The notes under the pieces: generated by a model
The model's database searches: none
Told to the model about the DNA's origin: nothing
The model's input: the letters and a program-made list of their open reading frames with translations, nothing else
Source: Antedon mediterranea
Lineage: Eukaryota > Animalia > Echinodermata
Direction: 5' to 3'
Assembly: GCF_964355755.1 (NCBI RefSeq)
Contig: NC_092680.1
Location: 8,308,001-8,372,000, forward strand
Length of the DNA: 64,000 nucleotides
Made by a program: the position numbers and the translations under genes
Shown here: positions 60,901 through 64,000 of the stretch, one piece after another
How the letters are laid out: every line of letters begins with the position of its first letter
How positions within the stretch are numbered: the first letter of the stretch is position 1

Positions 60901-63900
60901 CATGCATCCATGTACTCCGTTTTAAGTCATTAACCGACTTTATAATTACATTTTCCTTCAAATGAAAAGACAATTTTTTTTAACTGGATTGATTTAATTT
61001 CGATTGTACTTTTTAGTTCTTAACCTCTTGACAATATTGACATTTGTCAGGTTTATTAATTCGTGTCTCATCAATAAACTGTTACGGATATCTGACACGA
61101 TCAATTTCTTCCATCCTGAAGAAAAAATTAGATTGAAACCGATATGTATGCACTGTGTAGTTTAGACAGATGGTCCTGCATACCCCGTGTATCTTGTTAT
61201 TCAATGACTGATTGCAAGCCCTCATATTCAATTAATAAGTCGGCAGCAAATGATTTTTACACCGACTGTTTTTTAACGTTGAGCACATCTGAAACAAGTG
61301 CGTCTAACATCGTCGCTTTTGATACGTTAAGTCCTGTGTTATTTGAACAGGTGTAGCTCGTTGTACAACAGGTGGCCACGTTGGCTACAGTCCAGTAACA
61401 TTCAACACTAGAATCACTTTAGACATGTAAGCCTTGCGGTTCAAGAGGCATGTATTTATTTTATCCGGTTGTCTGACCTGTTTGTATAACGGTGTCCTCT
61501 ATAGTTTTGCACAACATTAATTAATTCAATAGTAGGAGAATCAAACTACACCAAGTAGTGAATTTCCAACAACAAAAAACAATCCATCCCCTGCTTTCTC
61601 ATAGGAACCAGAGAATCGTATGATAGCTCATTTCGTTTTCTCAAACCCATCCAAATCCATTTCACAAAATAGTTCACATAAAATAATTATATAAAAAATA
61701 CATACTTCGTTAATTGTCATTAAATTTTACTTTAGAGTTATATAGCCTAGCAAGCGTCTATTAATTCATACTTCGTAATGTATAAACAAATAATATAAGC
61801 AGTTAGAATAACTACCGCCAGAATATATTTTATTTCAGGTGGTGAATTGAATCAAGGCTACCAATAGTCTTGATTGAACAAGTTTGTAGTTACGAATACG
61901 GATAGGCCTATAGTTATAGTAGTTAGACCTACAGTAGTCCTATAGGTCCATTAGGCCAGCTGTTACTAAAAAAAAAAGGCCCAAACATTGTAATATATAA
62001 ATGATGGTATATAAATTGTAATTTTCCTCTTTTAAAATGGTCATCACCAATTTGTATCTAAAGAAAAAGAGAAAAAACTTGTTGACATTAGTTTTTGGTA
62101 GTTTGTAAAAGTTTTACAACAAATATAAGAGTTTCGAAATATACTGACCTGGGGAAATTCTTTCGTTTTCGATACTGTATGTTACAAGATGAAATATCTG
62201 TAAACAATTGTTTGTAACCACAAACAACACGTCATGAGAAAGAATTTTAAAAGTGTTACGTTAAAAGAATTGGTGAAATGGTTGAATAGTCAACAGGTGT
62301 CTGTCTGAATCATATCAGTAGACCATGGTCTAGCCTTTGATCAAGTGAAGCTTCCTTTATGTTGTTTTTGATAATAATCGTTCAATTTACGGAATGCATG
62401 TATTCCTTTGGGTTTTGTAGATAATGTAGCTCAAAAGCTTCATAACCAACTATACATACATAACTGTATACAATATATTTCAGAAATTAGTAAAATAATT
62501 ACGAAAATATTTATTTAGCGTCAGTGGCTTATGCTGCTTATGTAATCTCTGGAAACTTATGACTATGCTTTTCCTTAAAGGCGGTAAGGTTGGAGGGGAG
62601 CGAGGTGCAGGGTTGGCTGAATAGAGGTTTCCCAACGGATGTGTTCTACTGTAAGCATAATTTTCCATATTATATTATGTATCTAAAAGATAATGTATAC
62701 AATATTTAGCAAATGAATTAACAGAAGACCTAGTACCAGTCCCGGTACCAGTATGATTGACAATTTAAGAATGTCTAGGGTAGGACTTGCTCCTGGCTAT
62801 GAAATAAATCCCCATGGTTTAATGTCTGCCACTGAAATGGTGACGCGATGTAAAGCCTGCAGCGAAAAACTAATCCAGAAATGGAAATATTTCGATTCAA
62901 AGTTCGAAAAAGTGAAGATGGCGTTATTCAAAAACAACTTCTTCAAACAGATTTTAGTTTTTACAAGATCTGGATGTTTGTAATTTTGTTAATACACTTA
63001 AATATGTGATATTTTAAATTCCCGGCCTAAATTTTCTATAATTGATTTATGACGTCACTACGTCATAGTGGTTCAGGGTGTAGGCTACGTATTAAGATAA
63101 GTTTTTAGTTAGCATTTTTTTGCATTTTCTTATTCTAAGAAATTGTGTTTTATATGTTGGACTTGTAAACATACCTTTATATAATTGTACACTCCTTTTT
63201 TTCTTATATACATACAATTTTTATATACTGATCCTTTGTGGGATGGTAAAGTGTTTATAACGCTATTTCTGTTAACATTAGAACAAAAAAACACACCTAA
63301 CTCTGTGTACCAGATGTATCCAACTTGTATTGGCTTCCTCGGTAGTTGCATGTAATTAGTTTGATGTATTTATACTTAATGTACTTGCGGGACTTTTATT
63401 GTGCTGTGTAATGGTTTAAATTGAATACAGTAATGACCGCCTGCACACAACAACTTCCCTTTAAGATTATTATTGTTAAGATAACTGCCGAGGGAACAAT
63501 GGCAAATTAATAAACACTATTATTTCCATTAAGAATATATAAATATAACATACTTAATCAACTAAAGCTGAAGGCTAAAATAATTTTAAATATATAATGA
63601 CTTTATAAGAAAGGATTAAACTACAGCTATATGTGTTTTATACGTGCCACTTGGAATTGGATAGAACACAATTATTTATCTGAAAACAAATGTAATTTAA
63701 AGCATAAAATGATCAAATTGGCCGAAAGCCATTTTTTTTGGTTTTGGTTTTTGGTTTAATGTAACCGTTTGTTTTGTCTCATTATGTTTTTCGTTTTGTT
63801 TGTGCAAAAGTGATTAACTATACAAATATCTGATTTTATTAATGATCATTTTTCGTGTTTTTAGTGACAATACATCTCTAAATGTATACGGTAGTACAAA

Positions 63901-64000
63901 TGATGACATTTAGGTTAGTAATTCTTATAAGCTTGTATTATTTGAAATCTTTCGTTTTATATTCAATTTTAATATATCAGTTTAAACACAGCCAATATCG

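Overview
AT-rich, intron-containing animal genomic DNA; a marine invertebrate deuterostome such as an echinoderm is plausible, but that is inference only. Two host genes are supported: the last three coding exons of MEF2 (480-2641, +, splice phases consistent) and an intronless three-Ig-domain type I membrane receptor (17666-19111, +). The rest is mostly non-coding and rich in mobile elements. These include an Academ (AcademX-type) element built from two inverted 3' halves with a GAA TSD and two nested MITEs, a Deu/Nin-domain SINE, Penelope-like remnants with minimal hammerhead ribozymes, an RTE LINE fragment, and an apparently full-length L2-group LINE with an intact single ORF. There is also a Helentron/HINE derivative joining a USP-like Cys box to an EEP endonuclease, a foldback element, a 30-bp P-like mini element and several tandem repeats. 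No host coding gene is recognisable from about 28.3 kb to the end. Most short ORFs in the supplied track look spurious. All calls are by eye; no searches or alignments were run.
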